Positions 52,782-61,401 of a stretch of DNA of 64,000 nt are shown here, one piece after another (within the stretch, counting starts at the first letter, position 1; the number at the start of each line of letters is the position of its first letter). Origin of the DNA: a candidate division WOR-3 bacterium (GTDB lineage: Bacteria; Hydrothermota; Tepidihabitantia; Tepidihabitantales; Tepidihabitantaceae). The DNA lies in the NCBI GenBank assembly GCA_965649165.1, contig CBFGJT010000003.1:30826-94825 (forward strand), in the 5' to 3' direction. The notes beneath the pieces were generated by a model, which saw only the letters and a list, made by a program, of their open reading frames with translations, was not told the DNA's origin and searched no databases. The position numbers and the translations under genes were made by a program.

Positions 52782-53612
52782 CTACTTAAATACAACCAGA
52801 CTTGCCGCCATCAGGACCATCCCTGAAACAACGCCGGCGACACTGAGATGCTCGTGACCGTAGGAGTAAGAACCGGGAATCAACTCATCAAAAGCAATAA
52901 ACACCATCAGCCCCCCCACGCCGGCAAGCAGCAGGTTCAGCAGCGCTTCGTTAAGAAATGGCATAAGCATTCCCGCCGCTACTAAGGTACCCGCCAGCTC
53001 CGCCGCTCCGGAAAGTGCCGACCAGAGCAGACTCCGACGCCGGGAACCAGTGGCGCAGAATACCGGGATTGCCACTGAGATACCTTCGGGAATATTGTGC
53101 AGTGCAATTGCCACTGCGATCGCAACCCCCAGTTGCCGGCTCTTTATCGCTCCTGCAAAAGTCGCCATCCCTTCAGGGAAGTTGTGGAGCCCGATCCCCA
53201 GCGCGAGCAGCAAACCCAACCTCAGTAGCCGGCTGCGCTCAAGCTCCTGCTGACCATGACGATGGCGCCAGCGCTGGCCACCCTGTACCGGCTCCTCGGG
53301 TGAACACATTTTGGAATCAATCCTGTGCTCACTGATAAATTCATGGGGGACAATCAGATCGATCAGAAACATCAGAACGATGCCGGTAAAAAATGCAGCA
53401 TTTGCCGGCACAAATCCCACACTTCTGATTCCTGTGCTCAGCAGCTCGGCGAACGAGACAAACATCATTACACCGGCAGAAAACCCCAGGCTGAATCCCA
53501 TGAATCCACTTCCTGGTCTACGCACCACCAGACCGATCAGACTCCCCAGAAATGTGCTTACCGCTGCCAGTGCACTAAGCACTAAAGCAAAAACAAAATT
53601 TTCACTCATCAT
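52782..53612 (-). CDS. zupT: ZIP-family zinc transporter
   Basis: GIGLHNFPEGMATF and IALHNIPEGISVA motifs align with ZupT. Contains a His/Arg-rich loop (QRWRHRHGQQ). Start at MMSENF. Overlaps the regulator gene by ~11 nt. Confidence 0.85.
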   Translation of the reverse strand: MMSENFVFALVLSALAAVSTFLGSLIGLVVRRPGSGFMGFSLGFSAGVMMFVSFAELLSTGIRSVGFVPANAAFFTGIVLMFLIDLIVPHEFISEHRIDSKMCSPEEPVQGGQRWRHRHGQQELERSRLLRLGLLLALGIGLHNFPEGMATFAGAIKSRQLGVAIAVAIALHNIPEGISVAIPVFCATGSRRRSLLWSALSGAAELAGTLVAAGMLMPFLNEALLNLLLAGVGGLMVFIAFDELIPGSYSYGHEHLSVAGVVSGMVLMAASLVVFK

Positions 53613-54030
53613 TCGTCCCAGTTCGATTAACATTCAGCCTCGATATCAGCATCTTCAGCCGGTTAAGCGTCACCGGCGACAGGGTGTGTTCCAGACGGCA
53701 GGCATCAGCCTCGGCAACAGCCGCACTCACCCCTACGATCCGGCGCAGAAATGTCACCAACAGCTGATGGCGCTGATAGACCGTTTCCGCAACCTTTCTC
53801 CCAAGGGGTGTCAATTCCACTCCGCCGTAATGCTCGTGTCGGACCAACCCCTTGCCGGCAAGCGCAGCAAGCGCCACTACCACTGAGGGGCGGCTTACCT
53901 TCAGAAATCCGGCGATATCCTTGACCCGAACAGTCTTACAGTCTTTCTCAAGGATCAGAATCGCCTCCAGATAATCCTCCTGACTTTCCCCGAGAGACCG
54001 GAATCGGTTGATGTTAGTTGCATTAAACAT
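53602..54030 (-). CDS. DtxR/MntR-family metal-dependent transcriptional regulator
   Basis: SQEDYLEAILIL....VRVKDIAGFLKVSRPSVVVAL..L..KGLV is a wHTH followed by a dimerisation helix (TVYQRHQLLVTFL). Confidence 0.8.
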   Translation of the reverse strand: MFNATNINRFRSLGESQEDYLEAILILEKDCKTVRVKDIAGFLKVSRPSVVVALAALAGKGLVRHEHYGGVELTPLGRKVAETVYQRHQLLVTFLRRIVGVSAAVAEADACRLEHTLSPVTLNRLKMLISRLNVNRTGTNDE

Positions 54031-54077
54031 TGTTTAAATAAACTAATTTTAACTGAATATCGTTTTAAAATCAACAG

Positions 54078-54106
54078 TTGCCTATTATTAAAAATTAACT
54101 TATAAT
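54078..54106 (+). promoter_or_regulatory. Leaderless-type promoter of the FmdE-like gene
   Basis: TTGCCT, 17-nt spacer, TATAAT, then 6 nt to the ATG at 54113. Confidence 0.6.
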
Positions 54107-54112
54107 CCATAA

Positions 54113-54535
54113 ATGGGTAATAATTTGCTGCTGAAAAATGCCGCCCGGTTCCACGGCCATCTCGGACCCTGGCTCGTTATCGGTCTCCGTGCCGGCATTT
54201 ATGCCCGGCGCCGGTTCAAGTGTTCCCAGTTCCAGATTTGCGCTACTGTATTCTGCCCCTCGAAACCTCCGGTCCGGTGTGTGATTGACGGCGTCCAGCT
54301 CGGTGCCGGTTGCACCCTGGGCAAAGGCAACATCCGGCACCGGACCGCCCGGGGGTTCTGCCGGATTCATTTTTCTGCACACCGCCAGCAGGTAACGCTT
54401 TCAGTGCGACCAGAGATTTTCAATTCAATAGCCAAACCCCCTTCTGGTCAGGTAAAACAACTGGCATACCAGATTGCCCGTATGCCTCTTGAGCAGATTT
54501 TTACCGTGAAACCATATTCAAAACCGGCGGTCTAA
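54113..54535 (+). CDS. FmdE/FwdE-family domain protein
   Basis: AARFHGHLGPWLVIGLRAG and VIDGVQLGAGCTLGKGNI resemble the FmdE (PF02663) core. Confidence 0.55.
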   Translation: MGNNLLLKNAARFHGHLGPWLVIGLRAGIYARRRFKCSQFQICATVFCPSKPPVRCVIDGVQLGAGCTLGKGNIRHRTARGFCRIHFSAHRQQVTLSVRPEIFNSIAKPPSGQVKQLAYQIARMPLEQIFTVKPYSKPAV

Positions 54536-54573
54536 ATAGGTGAAAGCAAAAAATGAGTAAGGAGGTGATGAAA

Positions 54574-55023
54574 ATGGCAAAGCATCTGACGACATGGGAT
54601 CCATTCCGGGAGATGGTTTCACTCCGGGATGAACTGGACCGGCTCTTTGACTCGGTATTCGGACGCCTGCCGCGGGAGCGGGGAGAAACCTACTGGGCTC
54701 CGCCCTTGGACATTGAGGAGACTGAGGATGCTATTGTCGTCCGCGCTGAACTGCCGGGCATGAATAAGGAGGATATTAAGATCAGTCTGTCCGGTGACAC
54801 CCTGACGATCAGCGGTGAGCGGAAATTTGAAAGTGAGAAAAAGAGCCGAACCTACTACCGTCAGGAGCGGGTCTACGGCAAGTTCCAGCGCACGGTGACG
54901 CTCCCGGCAGAGGTCGAGGGCGACAAGGCAAAGGCATCCTACAAGGCAGGGGTCCTGGAGCTGGTCCTCCCGAAATCCGAAAAGTCCAAGGCAAAGGAGA
55001 TTACTATCGTTGCCGAGGAGTGA
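54574..55023 (+). CDS. Hsp20/alpha-crystallin small heat-shock protein
   Basis: WDPFREM.., ..PPLDIEETEDAIVVRAELPGMNKEDIKISL.., ..GVLELVLPK. AAGGAGG lies 8 nt before the ATG at 54574. Confidence 0.85.
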   Translation: MAKHLTTWDPFREMVSLRDELDRLFDSVFGRLPRERGETYWAPPLDIEETEDAIVVRAELPGMNKEDIKISLSGDTLTISGERKFESEKKSRTYYRQERVYGKFQRTVTLPAEVEGDKAKASYKAGVLELVLPKSEKSKAKEITIVAEE

Positions 55024-55043
55024 TTCCCGGAACCACCCTCTTG

Positions 55044-55073
55044 GAGGCGCCCGGTTGGGCGTCTCTTTTTGTT
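55044..55073 (+). terminator. Rho-independent terminator after hsp20
   Basis: GAGGCGCCC-GGTT-GGGCGTCTC stem-loop followed by TTTTTGTT. Confidence 0.75.
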
Positions 55074-55102
55074 CTTGAACCATTACCCGCAGGGGATAAA
55101 AT

Positions 55103-56044
55103 ATGTATGTGCCGGCCGCAGTTTATCTGCTAAACTTCATTTTCCTTGTATATACTATTGGGGAAGCCGCAATCGCCAGCCGGTCAAAACTGAGAATGTT
55201 ACACAGTGAGCAGCTTGATTCAATTGTCCATCAGGGAATTACCCGCCACTTCCTGATTCATGTTCCGCAAAACCTATCTCGGAACAGACAGATACCGCTG
55301 GTGTTTGTATTGCATGGCGGTGGTGGCACGCCCGCTTCTGTTGCCCGGCTGACCGGCTTCAGCCGGCTGGCCGATTCTGCCGGATTCATCGTTGTCTATC
55401 CGCAGGCGGTTAATCGTCACTGGAATGATGGCCGGGATGTACCTAAATACCGCTCCCAGCGCGAAAACATTGACGACGCCGGCTTCATCGCTGCATTGCT
55501 TGATACCATCGGCTGCAGGCTGCCAATCGATCGCTCCAGAATTTATGCCTGCGGCATCTCCAATGGTGGTATGATGTGCCACCGGCTCGGCTGTGAAATT
55601 GCGGACCGGCTTGCCGCCATCGCCACCGTTGCCGCTGCCCTGCCGGAAAACCTTGCCCGCCGGTTTCCATTATCCACCTCTCTGCCGGTCCTGATGTTCA
55701 ACGGAACCGCGGATCCGTTCGTGCCTTATGAAGGTGGTGTGGTGGGAATGAACACACCCCGTGGTCGGGTGCTGAGTGCGGAAGCAACCGCCCGGTTATG
55801 GGCAGAATCAAACCGCGCTACCCGGGTTCGAATCGAAAGCCTGCCCGCGCCTAATGGCGAAAAACTGGAGCTAATTTGCGTAACCTATACCGGCGGTCCC
55901 GAGGTCATTCTTTATAAAATAATCGGTGGCGGTCATGTCTGGCCCGGCGGCAAGAAGCGGTCCCGCCATTATGGTCCACACATTAACAGTATCAATGCCA
56001 CCGCGCTAATATGGGAATTCTTCTCCCGCCACCGCCGGGACTAA
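55103..56044 (+). CDS. PHB-depolymerase-family esterase (LpqC/COG3509-like)
   Basis: LVFVLHGGGGT..., GFIVVYPQA..RHWND and the nucleophile elbow GISNGGMM. The true start may be the GTG at 55109, because TAAAAT abuts the ATG. Confidence 0.7.
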   Translation: MYVPAAVYLLNFIFLVYTIGEAAIASRSKLRMLHSEQLDSIVHQGITRHFLIHVPQNLSRNRQIPLVFVLHGGGGTPASVARLTGFSRLADSAGFIVVYPQAVNRHWNDGRDVPKYRSQRENIDDAGFIAALLDTIGCRLPIDRSRIYACGISNGGMMCHRLGCEIADRLAAIATVAAALPENLARRFPLSTSLPVLMFNGTADPFVPYEGGVVGMNTPRGRVLSAEATARLWAESNRATRVRIESLPAPNGEKLELICVTYTGGPEVILYKIIGGGHVWPGGKKRSRHYGPHINSINATALIWEFFSRHRRD

Positions 56045-57111
56045 TTCAGCCGGCTGCCGGAATCGGCATCAAACAGATGGATTTTCCCGAAATCAAAATT
56101 CAGGTGCACCCGGACTCCGGAACCGGGTGCTTCGTGCGGACTGGTGCGCACAATAAAACTCTCATTTTTCAGCTTCAGATAAACCAGCGCCTCATTCCCC
56201 AACTGTTCATTCACCTCAACTGTCGCCGACACCGAACCGGACTGATCAATCCGGACATCCTCCGGCCTGATACCCAGAACTACCGCCTGTCCCGGCTTAA
56301 CCGCGCCCGTCACCGCTGCTGGCAGTTCGATCGTAAAACTGGGACTGGCAAACCGCAGGGGAGAGGACTGAATTACACCGGTAACCAGATTCATTGGTGG
56401 TGAACCGATAAATCCGGCAACAAACCGGTTCACCGGCCGATTATAAAGAGTCAGTGGTTCTGCTACCTGCACCACTCTGCCATCTTTCATTACCCCGATT
56501 CGCTGACCGAGTGTCATTGCCTCCACCTGATCATGGGTGACATAGATAATGGTAGTCTGCAACCGCTGATGCAACCGGGCAAGTTCTGCTCGCATTCCGA
56601 CCCGCAACTTGGCGTCCAGGTTGGAAAGCGGTTCATCAAACAAAAATACCTGCGGCTGCCGGACAATCGCCCGCCCTACCGCCACCCGCTGCCGCTGACC
56701 GCCAGAAAGCTCTGCCGGTTTGCGGCCCAACAGCTCCTCTATCCCGAGAATTGCTGCCGCCTCTTCAACCCGGCGCCGGATTTCTTCTTTCGGTAATTTT
56801 CTAAGCTGCAGGGCAAATGCCATATTCTCAAATACGGTCATATGCGGATACAGGGCATAGTTCTGAAACACCATGGCGATATCCCGTTCCTTGGGCTCCA
56901 GGTCATTCACCCGCCGCTCCCCGATATAAATATCACCTGAATCCGGGTCTTCCAACCCGGCGATAATCCTCAAGAGCGTCGTCTTGCCGCAGCCTGAAGG
57001 TCCGAGGATGACAAAAAACTCCCGGTCGTTGATTTCCAAATCAACCCGGTCAACCGCCACGAGACCGCGACGGAATGTCTTTGTAACCCCCTTTAACAAA
57101 ACCCGGCTCAT
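56041..57111 (-). CDS. ABC transporter ATP-binding protein, MalK/UgpC/MsmK type (orphan)
   Basis: GPSGCGKTT, LSGGQRQRVAVGRAI and FLFDEPLSNLD motifs plus a C-terminal TOBE-like regulatory domain. No permease or binding protein nearby. ATGA overlap with accD. Confidence 0.85.
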   Translation of the reverse strand: MSRVLLKGVTKTFRRGLVAVDRVDLEINDREFFVILGPSGCGKTTLLRIIAGLEDPDSGDIYIGERRVNDLEPKERDIAMVFQNYALYPHMTVFENMAFALQLRKLPKEEIRRRVEEAAAILGIEELLGRKPAELSGGQRQRVAVGRAIVRQPQVFLFDEPLSNLDAKLRVGMRAELARLHQRLQTTIIYVTHDQVEAMTLGQRIGVMKDGRVVQVAEPLTLYNRPVNRFVAGFIGSPPMNLVTGVIQSSPLRFASPSFTIELPAAVTGAVKPGQAVVLGIRPEDVRIDQSGSVSATVEVNEQLGNEALVYLKLKNESFIVRTSPHEAPGSGVRVHLNFDFGKIHLFDADSGSRLN

Positions 57112-57926
57112 AGGCCCTTAAACCGGTGCCACAGGACCGAAAGAATCCGCACCACCGTCTCCTTCAGATTCCGGCGGGTGACCACAATATCCACCAGTCC
57201 GTGCCGGAGCATGAACTCCGCCCGCTGGAAACCCGGCGGCAGCTTCTCGCCGATCGTATCTTCAATCACCCGCTGTCCCGCAAATCCAAGCAAGGCATTC
57301 GGCTCAGTAATGATCACATCTCCGAGTGAAGCGAAGGAAGCCATCACACCGGCAGTGCACGGGTCGACCGGAATCGCAATATAGGGCACCCGCGCCAGAC
57401 GCAGAAGCCCCAGTTCGGCTGAAGTCTTTGCCATCTGCATCAGCGAAATGATCCCTTCCTGCATCCGGGCGCCACCAGAAGTGGCAATGATGATCAGCGG
57501 CCGGGCCTCATTTCTTGCGAGCCGGACCGCCCGTGCTACCTTCTCGCCAACCACCGAACCCATACTGCCACCGATAAAACCGAAGTCCATCACCCCGAAC
57601 ACCACCGGAATCCGACCGCACATTCCCCGGCCATAACCGAACGCATCATTTCTCCCGGTCTTCTGCCTTGCCTCCCGGAGCTTCTCCTGATATTTGGGAA
57701 ACCGGATCGGATCCCCGGCGGTCAGCTCCGCATCCAGCTCCTCCCAGGAGTTCTCATCAAGAATAATCCGGATATACTCCTCCGGGCCAATCCGGAAATG
57801 ATAACCGCAGCGGTTACAGACATGAAAATTGGACTCCAGGGTCTTCCGGTAGATAATTTCCCCGCACCCATTACACCGCTGCCACAGGGTTTTGGCCGAC
57901 TTTATCTTGGATTCACTTTCCGGCAT
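57108..57926 (-). CDS. accD: Acetyl-CoA carboxylase carboxyltransferase beta subunit
   Basis: N-terminal zinc ribbon CNGCGEIIY...CNRCGYHFR, then the GGSMGSVVGEK and SGGARMQEG motifs. Confidence 0.9.
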   Translation of the reverse strand: MPESESKIKSAKTLWQRCNGCGEIIYRKTLESNFHVCNRCGYHFRIGPEEYIRIILDENSWEELDAELTAGDPIRFPKYQEKLREARQKTGRNDAFGYGRGMCGRIPVVFGVMDFGFIGGSMGSVVGEKVARAVRLARNEARPLIIIATSGGARMQEGIISLMQMAKTSAELGLLRLARVPYIAIPVDPCTAGVMASFASLGDVIITEPNALLGFAGQRVIEDTIGEKLPPGFQRAEFMLRHGLVDIVVTRRNLKETVVRILSVLWHRFKGL

Positions 57927-57931
57927 GGATT

Positions 57932-57960
57932 AGTATAAAAACGGGGTTCTCCGCAGTCAA
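57932..57960 (-). promoter_or_regulatory. Leaderless-type promoter of accD
   Basis: Minus strand TTGACT (57960..57955), 17-nt spacer, TATACT (57937..57932), then 5 nt to the ATG at 57926. Confidence 0.6.
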
Positions 57961-57973
57961 GGGAGACCCCCGT
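57937..57973 (-). terminator. Terminator of the RRM gene, overlapping the accD promoter
   Basis: Minus strand ACGGGGGTCTCC-loop-GGAGAACCCCGT (one mismatch or bulge) followed by TTTT. Confidence 0.55.
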
Positions 57974-58004
57974 CAACTCTGCGACCTGCGCAGCAGTCCG
58001 CTGA

Positions 58005-58280
58005 CTACCTTGAGCCGCGCGGCGGACGCTCAGTCCGGGCGCGTGCCTCATTGACCGTCAGCTGCCGGCCGTCCATTTCCGTCTGATTCAGAGCGGCAAT
58101 GGCGGCAGCAGCCTGTTCATCGGTAGCCATTTCTACAAAGGCAAATCCCCGAGAACGCTCGGTAAATTTGTCTTTGATGATCTCGACCGAAGTCACCTCG
58201 CCATGCTGACCAAAAAGGTCGCGCAGCCGGTCTTCGGTAGCGCTGAATGGGAGATTTCCCACAAACACGCGCTTACCCAT
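58005..58280 (-). CDS. RRM-type RNA-binding protein
   Basis: RNP2 VFVGNL and RNP1 RGFAFVEM motifs. 91 aa with an R/G-rich tail. GGAGG RBS. Confidence 0.85.
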   Translation of the reverse strand: MGKRVFVGNLPFSATEDRLRDLFGQHGEVTSVEIIKDKFTERSRGFAFVEMATDEQAAAAIAALNQTEMDGRQLTVNEARARTERPPRGSR

Positions 58281-58440
58281 TTACCTACCTCCAGTAAGGT
58301 TTGCGCTTGGGAAGCGTTACAGGCTACGCACAAACTCGCCTTCTACGGCGGGAACCGACGCAGACCTTAACGGACCACAAGCATAATCTCGGGCACTAAC
58401 TTCTGACCGGTTTTAGCCCGTATCAAACCGGTCAATTAAT

Positions 58441-58468
58441 ATACTAACAGAAAAAAGCGAGCTGTCAA
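58441..58468 (-). promoter_or_regulatory. Candidate promoter of the RRM gene (long leader)
   Basis: Minus strand TTGACA (58468..58463), 16-nt spacer, TAGTAT (58446..58441). Implies a ~150-nt 5' UTR containing a 9-bp hairpin (58405..58433). Confidence 0.45.
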
Positions 58469-58487
58469 TAAAAATTATGTGCCGGTT

Positions 58488-58844
58488 TCATCCGGTCCGG
58501 GATTTGAGCAGGTCCCGGATTTCAGCCAGCAGTCGTTCCGCGTTTGATAGTGCCGGCGCAGTAGCCGGTTGTCTTTTTTTCAGCATATTCACCGGTTTGA
58601 CGACGATCAGAAAGACTGCCAGCGCAATAATCAGAAAGTCCACCACTGTCTGAATGAACCGGCCATATCCGACCACCACTGCCGGTTTGTCACCGCTTGC
58701 TGCCTTGAGGGTAACTGCCAAACTAGGAAAATCCACCCCACCGACCAGAAGCCCGATTGGCGGCAGAATCACATCCCCGACCAGTGAAGACACTATTTTC
58801 CCGAAAGCCACACCGACGATAATGCCGACCGCCATGTCAATCAC
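58488..58844 (-). CDS. mscL: Large-conductance mechanosensitive channel; N-terminus apparently disrupted by a 1-nt frameshift
   Basis: The track ORF (GTG at 58844) begins [18 protein letters not shown]... The same frame upstream reads ..[15 protein letters not shown], which is the conserved MscL N-terminus, but it has no start codon. A well-placed RBS plus ATG at 58888 is in another frame. Confidence 0.75.
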   Translation of the reverse strand: MIDMAVGIIVGVAFGKIVSSLVGDVILPPIGLLVGGVDFPSLAVTLKAASGDKPAVVVGYGRFIQTVVDFLIIALAVFLIVVKPVNMLKKRQPATAPALSNAERLLAEIRDLLKSRTG

Positions 58845-58884
58845 ATTACCCCGGAGGACGAACTCCCTAAACTCGCAAAAAAGT

Positions 58885-59586
58885 TCATACTACCTCCCTT
58901 TGTTTACCGTCGGGCCGCAAAATTACAATTGGGGTGAGCTCATTGCCCTGACCGGCCGGATTGTCCCGCATCGCCTCCTCAACCAAACCGGTATCAAGAC
59001 CGGCGGATGCGCCCACCACCGTGCAGCCGAAGATATCATTGGCATCCACAATTGCGACCGGAAAGCCGAGTGCCGTCGCAAGTTCCTGTGCTACCCGGTT
59101 CGGCTCCTTGGGACCGAGTATGACGCACTCATAAAATTCCGGCACGCCCGAGGTATGGGCGGCATCAATCATCGCTACCTGCCTGCCCGCCACCCGGTAG
59201 AAATCACCGCTTCTGCCCTGCAGTTTGCCCCAGAAACCGGCAGCCGCCGCCCGCAGAATCCTTGCCAGCCCCACCTCATCAATTGCACACTGCATTGACC
59301 AGGGCGAGCGCAGACCGATGCCATAGGGTACCTTCTTGACAAACCGCCAGAGCAGATTTGCCCAGAATCCGGGCCTGATTTCGGTGATTGGAATCGCCCG
59401 GCCCTGAACTGCGGCTACCGGGCTCTCGGCAATGGTCAGAATATCGCCCGGCTGAAGCAGAGGACCGGCATAGTGGTGAATCTCCGCCACCAGATCATCA
59501 CCCCGGTTCAGCACTTTGGTCTTCACCGGAATCCGCACCACCCGGCCCCGGCTCGTTTCAATTACTCGCGGCTTTGCACGGGGCAT
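58885..59586 (-). CDS. F420-0:gamma-glutamyl ligase (CofE)-like family protein (tentative)
   Basis: Pattern ..GDDLVAEI...[20 protein letters not shown].., ..VAIVDAND.. and ..[16 protein letters not shown] resembles the CofE/FbiB N-domain family. Its TGA stop overlaps the out-of-frame ATG at 58888. Confidence 0.45.
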   Translation of the reverse strand: MPRAKPRVIETSRGRVVRIPVKTKVLNRGDDLVAEIHHYAGPLLQPGDILTIAESPVAAVQGRAIPITEIRPGFWANLLWRFVKKVPYGIGLRSPWSMQCAIDEVGLARILRAAAAGFWGKLQGRSGDFYRVAGRQVAMIDAAHTSGVPEFYECVILGPKEPNRVAQELATALGFPVAIVDANDIFGCTVVGASAGLDTGLVEEAMRDNPAGQGNELTPIVILRPDGKQREVV

Positions 59587-59635
59587 GGTTCAATATAACA
59601 TATTTCTTCTCTGATGCAACCATCGCATCCCCGAT

Positions 59636-59664
59636 TTGCATTACCGGTGCGGGCAAATTATACT
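59636..59664 (+). promoter_or_regulatory. Leaderless-type promoter of murJ
   Basis: TTGCAT, 17-nt spacer, TATACT, then 8 nt to the ATG at 59673. Confidence 0.6.
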
Positions 59665-59672
59665 CCACTATT

Positions 59673-61250
59673 ATGCCGGACCAGGCTCGTTTTGGTGCCC
59701 AGAGGTTCACTCGCCGCGTTGGCCTATTCACACTCGGCACACTCATCTCCCGACTCGGCGGTCTTATCCGAGAATCGGTATTTGCCTGGCTCTTCGGTGC
59801 CGGGCTGGCAACCGACGCCTTCAATGTCGCCTTCCGGATTCCCAACTTCTTCCGCGACCTGTTTGCAGAAAGCGCCCTTTCCGCCGCCTTTGTACCAACA
59901 CTGGTTCAGATCAGGCGCGATCAGGGCCAAGACCACGCCCGCCGGCTTGCCGCCAACCTTTTCAATGCCATCACCATTCTACTTACCCTGATTGTAATTG
60001 CCGGCATCATCCTGGCACCTCAGATTGTCAAACTCATCGCTTGGGGCTTCAGACCGGAACCCCAGAAACTGCACCTGACCATCAGCCTGACCAGAATCAT
60101 GTTCCCCTTCCTGCTGTTTGTCACCCTCGCTGCCTGGGCAATGGGTATCCTTAACGCCTCCGGTTCCTTTTTCATTCCGGCGGTTGCACCCGCTGCCTTC
60201 AACCTGATTTCAATCGCCATTCCACTGGCTACCTGGCATTTATTCACGCGGCTCGGCGTCCATCCGATCACCGGCATGGCATACGGCGTCATGCTCGGCG
60301 CCCTGTTTCAGTTTCTGATTCAGATGCCGAAACTTTATGCCCTCGGCTACCGCTGGCAGCCGGTACTTGATTTCCGCGATCCGGCGCTGCATCAGGTTTT
60401 CCGGCGCTGGGTGCCGATGGTCCTTGGTCTGGCAACCTGGCAGATCAACTTTCTCGTCAACACCTTTCTCTTGACATTCCTTCCTCAGGGCTCGGTCACC
60501 TGGGTCAGCTACGCCTACCGGATCCAGCACCTGCCCGCAGGCCTATTCGGAGTTGCCATCGGCACCGTTGCCCTTGCCCAGCTCTCCCAGACCGCCACCA
60601 GCCGCCTGGATGAAAAACAGTTCAGCCACGGTCTCAACCTCGTCTCGGTTCTGACCCTGCCCGCCTCAATTCTGCTTCTGGTCCTGGCGGTTCCGGTCGT
60701 CCGGCTCATTTACCAGCATGGCCGGTTCACCCCTACAGACACCGCCTGCACCGCTCAGGCGCTCGCCCTTTACGCCCTCGGCGTCTGGCCGGCCGCTGCG
60801 GTCCGCAACTGTGCTGCCGGCTTCTATGCGCTGGGCAACACCCGCACCCCGGCGCTCATTGCCCTGCTCGTCGTCACGGTCAACATCCTTTTCAACCTCA
60901 TCTTCATGCGTCTCATCGGCTTCCGCTCCTTTCCGCTCGCCGCCTCCTGCACTCAGCTTCTGAACTTCAGCCTGCTCCTCTATCTACTCCACCGGCGCCA
61001 GCCCGGCTTGATTCAGCCCCGGGTTTATACCGTATTTCTCCGCAGCTTGGGCGCTGCCGTTTTTGCCGGCATCACCTCCCTGCTCGTCGTCCGTCTGTTT
61101 GCCAGCTCCATCCGCGCTGGCATAACCGAACTGCTGCTGGAAGTTCTGGTTGCCGGCACCGTAGGCATCATCATCTTCTTCCTGCTCGCCCGGCTTTTCC
61201 GGCTCAAGGAGGTTATGGATGCCATTAATGCCTTCATTCACCGCCACTGA
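59673..61250 (+). CDS. murJ: Lipid II flippase MurJ/MviN
   Basis: LISRLGGLIRESVFAWLFGAGLATDAFNVAFRIPNFFRDLFAESALSAAFVP is the canonical MurJ N-terminus, followed by 14-TM-type hydrophobicity. The 95-aa upstream extension in the track overlaps the CofE-like gene and the promoter. Confidence 0.85.
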   Translation: MPDQARFGAQRFTRRVGLFTLGTLISRLGGLIRESVFAWLFGAGLATDAFNVAFRIPNFFRDLFAESALSAAFVPTLVQIRRDQGQDHARRLAANLFNAITILLTLIVIAGIILAPQIVKLIAWGFRPEPQKLHLTISLTRIMFPFLLFVTLAAWAMGILNASGSFFIPAVAPAAFNLISIAIPLATWHLFTRLGVHPITGMAYGVMLGALFQFLIQMPKLYALGYRWQPVLDFRDPALHQVFRRWVPMVLGLATWQINFLVNTFLLTFLPQGSVTWVSYAYRIQHLPAGLFGVAIGTVALAQLSQTATSRLDEKQFSHGLNLVSVLTLPASILLLVLAVPVVRLIYQHGRFTPTDTACTAQALALYALGVWPAAAVRNCAAGFYALGNTRTPALIALLVVTVNILFNLIFMRLIGFRSFPLAASCTQLLNFSLLLYLLHRRQPGLIQPRVYTVFLRSLGAAVFAGITSLLVVRLFASSIRAGITELLLEVLVAGTVGIIIFFLLARLFRLKEVMDAINAFIHRH

Positions 61251-61363
61251 GCGGACCTGCCGCAACCTGGCGATTGATGCCTTCCGCGGCGGCCTCGGCG
61301 GCATCCGGTTCTCACCTTCACCCCTGACGCTAACCGCCCTTTACCTCTACCGAAAAAAACTGG

Positions 61364-61392
61364 TTGATAAAGCTGTGATTTCCTGTTAAAAT
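61364..61392 (+). promoter_or_regulatory. Leaderless-type promoter of the PAC2/GNAT pair
   Basis: TTGATA, 17-nt spacer, TAAAAT, then 9 nt to the ATG at 61402. Confidence 0.55.
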
Positions 61393-61401
61393 ATAAAGGC
61401 T

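Noticed and set aside
59388-59672. 95-aa N-terminal extension of murJ
   Set aside because: It overlaps the convergently read CofE-like gene and the TTGCAT-17-TATACT promoter. The conserved MurJ N-terminus starts at the ATG at 59673.
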